Source: an uncultured delta proteobacterium (lineage in GTDB: Bacteria > Myxococcota_A > Polyangia > Fen-1088). From it: a DNA stretch of 64,000 nucleotides. The position numbers and the translations under genes were made by a program. Shown here in pieces: positions 16,859-24,939 of the stretch. The notes below the pieces were generated by a model. It was not told where the DNA came from, did no database searches, and was given only the letters and a program-made list of their open reading frames with translations. Location: positions 224,001-288,000 of the forward strand of contig CAVWIP010000017.1 of the NCBI GenBank assembly GCA_963755125.1, read 5' to 3'. Each line of letters begins with the position of its first letter. The stretch's first letter is position 1.

Positions 16859-17962
16859 CTACAAACCCAGCAAGAGTCGCACCTCATCGGCCAGCGCCAA
16901 ACTGGCGGTCAGCCCCGGGGATTCGATGCCGAAGAGGTTGACCAAACCAGGGACGCCATGGACGGCCGGACCCTGGATGACAAAATCGGCGTCAGGGGCG
17001 CCGGCCGGGACGATCTTGGGACGGACGCCGGTGGTGCCAGGGGCCAGATCGCCGTCGGCCAGCGCTGGGTAGTAGCGGCGGACGGTGCGGTAGAACGCCT
17101 GCACACGGCTCTCATCGAAACTGTAGTCCACGGTGTCCACCCAGGTCACGTCAGGCCCGAAGCGGGCTTGCCCGGCCAGATCCAGCGTGAAGTGTATGCC
17201 CAGGCTTCCGGGCACGGGTACCGGGTAGACCAGGCGGGAAAAGGGGGCGCGGCCGCGCAGGACGGCGTAGTGGCCCTTGGCGAAGTAGGCCGTCGGGATG
17301 GCCGTGGCCGGCATGCCTTGGATCGAGTGCGCGACGGCGGGCGCCCAGGCACCGGCCGCATTCACCACCATGGATGCGAGCAACGTTGAAGCGCCGTTCC
17401 CGCCGGTTGAAAGCACGATGCCGTCATCGACCACGCGGCCGCCGAGCAGGGTCGTGCCCAGCGCAAGCTGCGCGTCCGCGGCTTCCGCGTCCCGGCGCAG
17501 GGCCCGCATCAGCTCATCGCTGCTCAGGATGCCGGTGGAGGGCGAATGGAGGGCGCACACGCCGGCCAGCGCCGGCTCCAGCGCGCGCAGTTCCGTGGCG
17601 TCGAGCCAGGTCAGATCGCTCACGCCGTTGTGCTCGGCCTGAGAACGCAGCTTCACCAGCAACGGGATCTCTTCTCCCCGCGTGGCCACCAGCAGCTTGC
17701 CCAGGCGCCGGTGCGCGATCCCGTTCTCTTCACAATACCGGTACAGCGCCTGCCGTCCCGCCACGCACAGCCGCGCTTTGTGCGACCCGGGCGGATAGTA
17801 GATCCCTGCGTGGATCACTTCCGAGTTGCGCGAACTGGTGTGGCGGCCGATGCCGGGCTCTTTCTCGATCACCACGACTTCCTGGCCCGACCGTGCCAGG
17901 GCGCGCGCCACGGCCAGACCCACCACGCCGGCACCGATGACTGCGACTTGCACACGATCCAT
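16859..17962 (-). CDS. FAD-dependent oxidoreductase, L-2-hydroxyglutarate oxidase (LhgO)-like
   Basis: VIGAGVVG, TSSRNSEVIHAGIYY, GIESPGLTASLA. Confidence 0.88.
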   Translation of the reverse strand: MDRVQVAVIGAGVVGLAVARALARSGQEVVVIEKEPGIGRHTSSRNSEVIHAGIYYPPGSHKARLCVAGRQALYRYCEENGIAHRRLGKLLVATRGEEIPLLVKLRSQAEHNGVSDLTWLDATELRALEPALAGVCALHSPSTGILSSDELMRALRRDAEAADAQLALGTTLLGGRVVDDGIVLSTGGNGASTLLASMVVNAAGAWAPAVAHSIQGMPATAIPTAYFAKGHYAVLRGRAPFSRLVYPVPVPGSLGIHFTLDLAGQARFGPDVTWVDTVDYSFDESRVQAFYRTVRRYYPALADGDLAPGTTGVRPKIVPAGAPDADFVIQGPAVHGVPGLVNLFGIESPGLTASLALADEVRLLLGL

Positions 17963-17985
17963 CTTGCCGAACCATCACAGGCCGA

Positions 17986-19038
17986 TCACGGCACGCGCAG
18001 CACCTTGCGCGCAAACCACCAATAGCTGGAGAGAACCGGATTGGCCACGCGGGTAATGATCGGGTGGTCGAGTCCAGGAAAACGGATGCTGCCAGTCAGA
18101 GAAGCTCCGTCCGTCGCATCGGGCAAGCGATTCCTCTGGACATGGCGGCGGTCGCGCACGACAGCCGGCAAGAGACGAAGGATCTCGCCGTAGCTGGCCA
18201 GCTTCTCGCGCAGCCAACCCTGGCGGGCTGCGAACACCAGCACCGCCAACTCGGCCCCGGCCAGGGCCGGCGCCGCGACCAACAGTCGCGCCAAAGGCCA
18301 GTCCTTGAGCAGAACCAGCCATCGGTTGCGGTCGAGCAGCGCATATTTGCGCGCCGAAAACCGCTCGGTGTACTTGTGCAGAACCCGCGACCGTGGCACC
18401 AGCACGCAGTCGTAGCCAAGCTGGCGCAAGCGAATCTGCAGATCGCAGTCCTCGTGATAGAGGAAAAGCTTCTCGTCGAAATCTCCGGCCTGCGCCAGGG
18501 CATCCATGCGCAGCAGCAGCGCCGCACCCGAGGCAAAAGCCACGGAGCGGGGTTCCTGGTCGGGCTGCGCGCTGTCGACCGCCTGGCGGTATCCGCCGCA
18601 ATAGCCGAACCCGCAAAAGTGCAACTCGTTGCCTGCGGTGTTGATGAGATGGGGCTCGCTGTAGAGCACGACCAGCGGTTGCACCGCGGCGACGTCCGGG
18701 CGGGTATCCATGACGGACAGGAGCGGCTGCAGCCACCCCGGCGTCACCTCGATGTCCTGGTTGAGCAGTAGCGCGAAAGAGGCTCCCCGCTCGCGGGCCC
18801 AGCGCAGGCCGATGTTGTTGCCCTCCGCAAAGCCGGTGTTTCGTGTTTGCGGCAGCAGGTGGAGGTTCGTCCAGGACTCCCCGATACGAGCCAGCTCGGC
18901 CAGGGTTCCGTCCGATGAAGCGTTGTCGACCACGACGATGGCGACATCGTCAAGGTTGGTGTGCTGTCTGAGCGTCGAGAACAAACCGTCGAGATAGCGC
19001 TCGGCCTGGTAGGTGACGACGACGATCGCGAGCTTCAT
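17986..19038 (-). CDS. Glycosyltransferase family 2
   Basis: VVVTY, VVDNASSDGT, NTGFAEGNNIG, LLNQD, ASGAALL, FLYHEDCDL. Confidence 0.9.
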   Translation of the reverse strand: MKLAIVVVTYQAERYLDGLFSTLRQHTNLDDVAIVVVDNASSDGTLAELARIGESWTNLHLLPQTRNTGFAEGNNIGLRWARERGASFALLLNQDIEVTPGWLQPLLSVMDTRPDVAAVQPLVVLYSEPHLINTAGNELHFCGFGYCGGYRQAVDSAQPDQEPRSVAFASGAALLLRMDALAQAGDFDEKLFLYHEDCDLQIRLRQLGYDCVLVPRSRVLHKYTERFSARKYALLDRNRWLVLLKDWPLARLLVAAPALAGAELAVLVFAARQGWLREKLASYGEILRLLPAVVRDRRHVQRNRLPDATDGASLTGSIRFPGLDHPIITRVANPVLSSYWWFARKVLRVP

Positions 19039-19469
19039 GTTCGCTCGTGTGGAACGTCGGCCTTCACGGGCGTCGGTTCTACCGTCGTCGCGCCAGTCAT
19101 GCGCTTGCCAGCAGCGTCCTCGTGGGCAAGCCGGTCGAGCTTCTCGCGCAGAAGACCAAGTTCCTGCGTCAGCGCGATCGATCGAACCTCGGTGCGCGAC
19201 AAGGTGACCAACGTGTGGACGTGAAGCAGGGCCAGTGCGCCAGTGGCGATGGCGAAGAAGAAGTTGGAAGGCAGGGTGAACCCCATGGCGTGGGCCACCG
19301 ACGTGGTGAGATCGGGCACGACGGCGAGCACCACCAGAGCGGCCAGCGAGAAGAAGACCCAGAGGCTGCTTTGGATCGTGATGCGCTCGCGCAGGACCAG
19401 GCGGAGCAGCAAGGTCGCGACCACGCAGCAAAAAGCTGCGAATAACCAGTACTGTTCGGCTTGTTGCAT
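19035..19469 (-). CDS. DUF2304-family small membrane protein (GacJ/Rv3632-like)
   Basis: Three TM segments, GFTLPSN, C-terminal LTQELGLL coiled coil; lies between two GT2 genes. Confidence 0.75.
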   Translation of the reverse strand: MQQAEQYWLFAAFCCVVATLLLRLVLRERITIQSSLWVFFSLAALVVLAVVPDLTTSVAHAMGFTLPSNFFFAIATGALALLHVHTLVTLSRTEVRSIALTQELGLLREKLDRLAHEDAAGKRMTGATTVEPTPVKADVPHERT

Positions 19470-19473
19470 CGTC

Positions 19474-20205
19474 TTACAAGGTGCGGGGCTCGATGCGATG
19501 CCAGCTACGCGCGTAGGCCAGCAGGATCGCGACGGTCACTTTCAGCATGTAGTAGGGGGCGTGCAGAACGGAAATGCTGCTGGCGCCACCCTGGCGTTCT
19601 TTCATCGTCACCGGAACCTCGACTACGTGAAGCCCAGCCACTTTGGCCAAGACCAGCGCTTCGGGCTCCGGGTAGTCGTGCGGGTATGACCAATTGAACA
19701 GCCTCAGCGCGCGGTGGCCGTAGGCGCGATAGCCGGAGGTCGGGTCCGTGGTCTTCGTTCCGGTAACGAGCCCGAGCACCCAGCGCAGCCAGCCGCTGCC
19801 CACTCGCCGGGGCAAGGTGGACTGGAATCCCTCTCTTTGCAGGTAGCGACTTCCAACCACGATATCCGGCGGATTGGGCGCTTGCATCGCGCTGAGGAGT
19901 TTCTTCAGTTCGGAGGGCGGATGCTGGCCGTCACCGTCCATTTGCACGGCGCAATCGAAGTCCTCGCGCAAGGCAAGCCGCAATCCGGTCTGCACCGCGC
20001 CACCGATGCCGAGGTTGCGGCACAGCCGCACCACCCGGGCGCCGCGCTCGCGGGCGACTTCGGCGGTCCGATCGGTCGAGGCATCGTCGATGACCACAAT
20101 CTCCAGCGAGAAGCCGTCTCGCTCAGCGACGGCGCGAAGCTCCGAGAGCAGCGGTGGCAGGCCGCTCTCTTCGTTCAGTGCGGGAACAACGACGAGGACG
20201 CGCAT
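19474..20205 (-). CDS. Polyprenyl-phosphate glycosyltransferase (DPM1-like GT2)
   Basis: VPALNEE, DDASTD.T, NLGIGGAVQTG, DGDGQH, GSRY, DPTSGYRA, YPEPE. Confidence 0.9.
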   Translation of the reverse strand: MRVLVVVPALNEESGLPPLLSELRAVAERDGFSLEIVVIDDASTDRTAEVARERGARVVRLCRNLGIGGAVQTGLRLALREDFDCAVQMDGDGQHPPSELKKLLSAMQAPNPPDIVVGSRYLQREGFQSTLPRRVGSGWLRWVLGLVTGTKTTDPTSGYRAYGHRALRLFNWSYPHDYPEPEALVLAKVAGLHVVEVPVTMKERQGGASSISVLHAPYYMLKVTVAILLAYARSWHRIEPRTL

Positions 20206-20223
20206 TCAGCGGGGGGAACCATA

Positions 20224-21657
20224 TCACGACGCTTCGCCGGCTGTCCTTCCGTGTTCTTCGGCGGATTTGAAGATGGGGAGGGTCAAGAAGAAACAGCTCC
20301 CCTGTCCGGGCGCGCTTTCGACCCCCACCTGGCCGCCGTGGGCCTCGGCGATGCGGCGGACGATGGAAAGGCCGAGGCCCGTGCCGGTCTCCGAGCCTTT
20401 GCCCTTGGACAGGCGCACGAACTCCTGGAACAGGCGGGTCCGCGCCTCGGGTGGGATCCCGGGGCCGTCGTCCTGGACCTCGACACGCAAGCTGCCATGG
20501 TGCGCGTGCGCCCGAACCACGATGCTGCGGCCCTCGCCCGAATACTTGATGGCGTTGGTCACGTAGTTGACCAGCGCCTCGCGCAAAAGGCTTGCGATGC
20601 CACGCACCGGCGGCAAGCTGTCGGGCAACTCGGCCGTGAGAGACTGACGGCGCTGTTGTGCCAGGTCGACGTGCTCCTCGACCACTTCCCGCACGATGGC
20701 CTGCAGGTCGACGGATACCATGAGATTCGCCAGGGACTCGGTTTCCAGGTCCGCCAGGACCTGCAACCCACGCAGAAGTTCAAGCGCTCCCCGCAGGCGG
20801 TGGTCTGCGCGCGCAACCCACTGCCGCTGTTGTTCGGTCAGCGGGCCCCCGAGCTCGCTCGACAAGTTGTCGAGCAGGGTGGTCACCGCCCCGAGCGGGC
20901 TGCGCAGGTCGTGAACCACCACGTGCAGGAAGGAACGGCGCAGGTCGGCCAGACGCTCGGTTCGTAGAACGGCGTCGCGCAAGCGGCGCTCGCTTTCGCG
21001 CAGGCGAGCGGCGAGACCGGTGGCCAGGTAGGTTGTGGCCCCCGCCAGCAGGCCGTAGACGAAGAGCAGGGTCCACACCACGCGAAAATCGTCCTCGGTC
21101 CCGCCGAACACCGCGCCCAGGGGACGATGTCGGGGCAGCCAGCCGAACCATTCCCCGAGCACGAGAGCGGCCAGCATGAGGTAGCCAGCCGCCGCGTGCG
21201 CGAACGCCGCCCGTCGCGACAGCATCACCGAGGCGAAGATGGCGTGCAGGACGTAGAAGGCCAAGAAGGGCGACTGGCTGCCGCCCACCTGCCAGATGGT
21301 GAAGGTCAACACCAGATAGTCGAGCAGGATGGTGGCGCTGGCGATCCAGGCGAGGGAACGGGTGGCGGTGACGACGCGTTCCGGCCGGCGATAGGGCCGA
21401 ACCGCGAAGAACACCGGCAAATTGCACAGGGCGAGAAAGACCGCGCTGCCGGCCAGGGCGCGCAGGTTGAGCCCCTCGATGCCCACCACGTGAATGGCAA
21501 AGAGGACGCCGGTCAGGATGCCGGCGGCCGCCAGGAAGCGGAGGCGCGAAAAGAAGTAGAGCCGCTCGCCCAGCAACAGGCTGTGCGAGAGCAGGCCATT
21601 GCCACCTTCCCCGCCGGTGGCGGCGCCAGCGTCTAGTGCCCGATTCGCGGACGACAC
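20224..21657 (-). CDS. Membrane sensor histidine kinase
   Basis: Multiple TMs, H-box HDLRSPL, NYVTNAIKY, DDGPGI, F.EF.R, GTGLGL, G.GSCF. Confidence 0.92.
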   Translation of the reverse strand: MSSANRALDAGAATGGEGGNGLLSHSLLLGERLYFFSRLRFLAAAGILTGVLFAIHVVGIEGLNLRALAGSAVFLALCNLPVFFAVRPYRRPERVVTATRSLAWIASATILLDYLVLTFTIWQVGGSQSPFLAFYVLHAIFASVMLSRRAAFAHAAAGYLMLAALVLGEWFGWLPRHRPLGAVFGGTEDDFRVVWTLLFVYGLLAGATTYLATGLAARLRESERRLRDAVLRTERLADLRRSFLHVVVHDLRSPLGAVTTLLDNLSSELGGPLTEQQRQWVARADHRLRGALELLRGLQVLADLETESLANLMVSVDLQAIVREVVEEHVDLAQQRRQSLTAELPDSLPPVRGIASLLREALVNYVTNAIKYSGEGRSIVVRAHAHHGSLRVEVQDDGPGIPPEARTRLFQEFVRLSKGKGSETGTGLGLSIVRRIAEAHGGQVGVESAPGQGSCFFLTLPIFKSAEEHGRTAGEAS

Positions 21658-21685
21658 GATCGGAGATTACCACTGCTGGAGACAA

Positions 21686-21849
21686 CTAGAGCACCGAACG
21701 GTTTGCCGGACCGAGTGAAAATGCGCAGTTGCGAGCGGCCCGAGGCGCGACGAGGGAGAATACTCGACGTATTTGACCGAGGAGCAACGAAGGGACGCGA
21801 CGCAAATCCGCGATTTTACGACGGGAGGCAAAACCGTTCGGTGCTCTAG
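21686..21849. mobile_element. 164-bp MITE/REP-like palindromic element
   Basis: 19-bp perfect terminal inverted repeat CTAGAGCACCGAACGGTTT, an imperfectly self-complementary interior and a central AATAC-N5-GTATT hairpin; no ORF. Confidence 0.7.
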
Positions 21850-21944
21850 CTTCCTCCCCTCCGGCTCAGTGGTCTCCCCTCGTGTCTCTTTGTGCTCGGC
21901 TGCGGGCGGCTGCCGAGGTGAATGAACTCACCCCTTTGGTTGCG

Positions 21945-22595
21945 CTAATTGAGATGGATGGCCTCCCCGACGATTTCCACGTCGTCGGATGCGTCGATGC
22001 GCACGGCTCCTGCGCGGGCACGCAATTCGATCGCACCGGCAGAGATGCGCAGGTTGCCAGGAAGCTCGACCTGGGTGTCGGCCTGGAGCAGCCGGATCAC
22101 CGGGCCCTGCTGGTTGCCGGTGATGTGCAACAAGGGCTGGCCGTTATTCGCGTTGATCTGTAGGGCTTCGTCGCGCTTCATATCGAGGCTCTGCGCGACC
22201 AGTTTGGGCGCCTCCGGCCGGCGGTTGAAGCCGTCGACCACGCCGATGACGATGGGGTCGGGCTGTTTGGGCAGTTTCAGCACGAGCACCTGGTCCAAAA
22301 TGCGCACACTGAGACCGCTCAGAGTGACTACCCAGCTTTCATGGACGCATCCCCGAGCATCCTCGCAGCGCGCGCGGATCCGGCCGGTCAGGGTGGGGTG
22401 CCGTTCCTCGGTGCACACGGCGATCGCGTGACCCTCGGGCCACGCGGGTCTGGGCGGGGCCGCGAGCAGATTGTCGAAGACGGAACCTTGCTCTGTCGAT
22501 GAGGACGAGTCTTCGTTCGTCGCAGTTCCGGCGTTTGGCAGGTCATACTTGGCGTTCTGCGAGCACATGGCAGGAGCCTCCTCGAGGTTTGACAT
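21945..22595 (-). CDS. Stand-alone gp5/gpV/VgrG-C-like spike protein (DUF6484-like)
   Basis: OB-fold-like HPTLTGRIRARC...ESWV...DQVLVL...PIVIGVV followed by beta-strand repeats ending VEIVGEAIHLN. Confidence 0.6.
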   Translation of the reverse strand: MSNLEEAPAMCSQNAKYDLPNAGTATNEDSSSSTEQGSVFDNLLAAPPRPAWPEGHAIAVCTEERHPTLTGRIRARCEDARGCVHESWVVTLSGLSVRILDQVLVLKLPKQPDPIVIGVVDGFNRRPEAPKLVAQSLDMKRDEALQINANNGQPLLHITGNQQGPVIRLLQADTQVELPGNLRISAGAIELRARAGAVRIDASDDVEIVGEAIHLN

Positions 22596-23830
22596 TAGCT
22601 GCCACCCACGTCATCCGATCCGGCCGACGCGGCAAGCAGCCGATCGTGAATGGTCGGCGGCGATTGGTAGCGGATGGGAGGGTCGTGGTTGATGCGGGCT
22701 GCGATGGGGATGTTCTTGTGAATTCCGGGAATGAACACCCGTTGCAGGCCTTTGGTTCTGGCACAGTAGACGGCGGTGAATTTCTTTTCCGCGGGAAGAA
22801 TGACCAGATTGGTGAGAAGCGGCGGCAACGCGGCCCGCTCACCCTCGACCTCGATTTCGATCGATGGCGCGGACGGGACCGTGAAGCTGATGGTGGGCTC
22901 GTCAGGATGCATCCCGATCAGGGTGACGGGTTGCCCGGGAAGCGGCGCGCTCACGACCATTCCCAGCGATGCTTCTTGCCGGTACCCGGCTGCCAGGTCA
23001 GGGTCCTTTTCAAGCTGGCGGCGTAGGTGGGCGGGAATGAAACCCCGCTGTACCTCGGGCAGGGCCGAGTAGTCCGGTGGGGGAAACCAGGCGTCGACGC
23101 CCATGAACAGATATCGCGGGAAGGTCAGGCCGACGGTCCACTCGAAGCACCAGGGCAGCGGCTGCCGATACCACAGCTCCGGCTTTCGCGTGATCAGCCG
23201 CTCGGCGGTGAGCATGTCCGCAGGATCTTCCAAATTGGGCAACTCGACCCCTTCGATTGGATCGGGCAAGACGAGATAGCCCTTGCCCACCGGATTGCGC
23301 GGATACAGGCCGGGGTGATCGAACTGCATTCCGAGCGCGACGGTTCGCATGTAGTCCTGTTCGAGTTCGGCCGGAATGGGAACCCGGTTGTCGAGGCCGC
23401 CGTACGCGTTCTGATAGAGAAGCGGCATCTCGGTGAAGGGCTCCGGTCGGCCGATGCGCGGTCGGCCCTGGCTCCACTCGACCGGCCGCCTGCCGAACAC
23501 GGCGATTCGCTTGGCTGCGCGGCCGATCTGCGCCGACACGAACATCGAGGGCGTGGGACGCCCAACCGGAGCAAATGCCGAGCCTCGGATGACGACGTCG
23601 GTGCTCTGCTTGTCCAGCCAGTAGTCAGAACCGGGCGGGAAGCGCGGCTGCAGGTTCTCGTCGGACCAGAAATCATGCAGCAACGGTTCCGGCTGGCTGA
23701 GCGCTGTCGCTGTTCCCTTGATCTCGTAGGTCTGCTTGACCAGGGCAAAGGCAAACGCCGGCTCTGTCGCTGACCGTGGATCCAACCCCACCACGGCATC
23801 GTACAGTGGACGCACCGGCACGCGAGTCAT
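22595..23830 (-). CDS. DUF2169-family T6SS adaptor/chaperone
   Basis: LVKQTY, D...KQSTDVVIRGSAFAP, VFGRR, EPFTEMPLLYQNAYGG, YPRNPVGKGY, LPNLEDP. Confidence 0.85.
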   Translation of the reverse strand: MTRVPVRPLYDAVVGLDPRSATEPAFAFALVKQTYEIKGTATALSQPEPLLHDFWSDENLQPRFPPGSDYWLDKQSTDVVIRGSAFAPVGRPTPSMFVSAQIGRAAKRIAVFGRRPVEWSQGRPRIGRPEPFTEMPLLYQNAYGGLDNRVPIPAELEQDYMRTVALGMQFDHPGLYPRNPVGKGYLVLPDPIEGVELPNLEDPADMLTAERLITRKPELWYRQPLPWCFEWTVGLTFPRYLFMGVDAWFPPPDYSALPEVQRGFIPAHLRRQLEKDPDLAAGYRQEASLGMVVSAPLPGQPVTLIGMHPDEPTISFTVPSAPSIEIEVEGERAALPPLLTNLVILPAEKKFTAVYCARTKGLQRVFIPGIHKNIPIAARINHDPPIRYQSPPTIHDRLLAASAGSDDVGGS

Positions 23831-24939
23831 AGCGGCATGCCCCAGCTTCCGGCGGGCGACGAGGATCCTGCATAGCCTGTGGTTGTCGATGTCGCGTGGC
23901 CGTCAGCCTGAAGGGTGGTTGTGTGCTGACCTGAAATTGCGCCCGTGTCGCCGGAGTAGTAGTTCACCGCTCCGCCGGCGGCCACGGCCTGTGTCTTTCG
24001 CTCTGCCAGCCGGCCGTTGCTGTCATAGGTCTCGGAGTGCTGGGAACTGCCGATTCCTATCGGGGATCCTACACTCAGTGTTGACTGGTCACTGGTTGTC
24101 GCCTTGGGACTGTCAGCATGGACGAGGCCAATTTGCGCGGGCCCCACTTGATACTCACGCTCGACTTTGGAGCCACCTTCGGATAACTGCTTCGACGAAA
24201 GCCGCAACCCCGCATATCCCGATCCGATCTCGACGCGCACAAGTTTTCCGTCGGCGGTAAGCGCCATCTTGGTTGCTCCGGAGAGGCATCCCAGGGCTGT
24301 CTTGAAGGCCCACTCCTTCCAGTTGGCGGCACCGACGAGTTCCTTGGCGAGGCCCTCGTACCCGCCCTTGAACCCATCGAGGCCCGAGACCACGCTGCCG
24401 AGGACACTGCAGACGAGCGCCCAGAGGCCAGCCGCAATATCGGCAGCGCTGAGTCCCACGCTGACCGTGTGAAGCGAGTTGAAAGAAGGGAAGCCATTGG
24501 GCAACGAGACCGGCGACGCGCAGCACAGCATGGGAAGCGGGACTGGGGGACCAGCAAGTTCAGTGCAACCGATCTGGGCGCCATTGGCTTTGACCTTGGA
24601 GGAAGAGAACATCACCTTTCGCTTGGAAAAAGCGATGATCAGCGGCAGATTGATGTTGGTAGGCGGAATCGTAACGTGGGGGATTGCGTAGCCGCAGTCG
24701 TGACTCTCCAACACGACGAACTGCGCTTTGTGAAACACCGTAGTGGTCAGTTTGTTCTGTTGCAGCGCAAGGCCGGGTGGCCACATCATGGGTGTGGGTG
24801 ACTCGAAGCATGGCAGCCGGGGCAGGTAAACCGGCGGCGGAGGTGAGATCCCGTCGTGAATTGTCATGCCTGCCGGCCAGGGAAGACAGATGTCGCCCAT
24901 CAATGAAACCTTGACCCTCATCGACGCCAATCCGTGCAT
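23827..24939 (-). CDS. PAAR-like domain protein with hydrophobic helix and novel C-terminal domain
   Basis: Pro-rich PPPPVYLP, three S/T-x-V strand repeats (TTTVFHK, SSKVKANG, HTVSVG), His/Cys candidates (HDG, HDCG, PH, CC), then IAAGLWALVCSVLGSVV; ATG coupled to upstream TGA. Confidence 0.55.
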   Translation of the reverse strand: MHGLASMRVKVSLMGDICLPWPAGMTIHDGISPPPPVYLPRLPCFESPTPMMWPPGLALQQNKLTTTVFHKAQFVVLESHDCGYAIPHVTIPPTNINLPLIIAFSKRKVMFSSSKVKANGAQIGCTELAGPPVPLPMLCCASPVSLPNGFPSFNSLHTVSVGLSAADIAAGLWALVCSVLGSVVSGLDGFKGGYEGLAKELVGAANWKEWAFKTALGCLSGATKMALTADGKLVRVEIGSGYAGLRLSSKQLSEGGSKVEREYQVGPAQIGLVHADSPKATTSDQSTLSVGSPIGIGSSQHSETYDSNGRLAERKTQAVAAGGAVNYYSGDTGAISGQHTTTLQADGHATSTTTGYAGSSSPAGSWGMPL

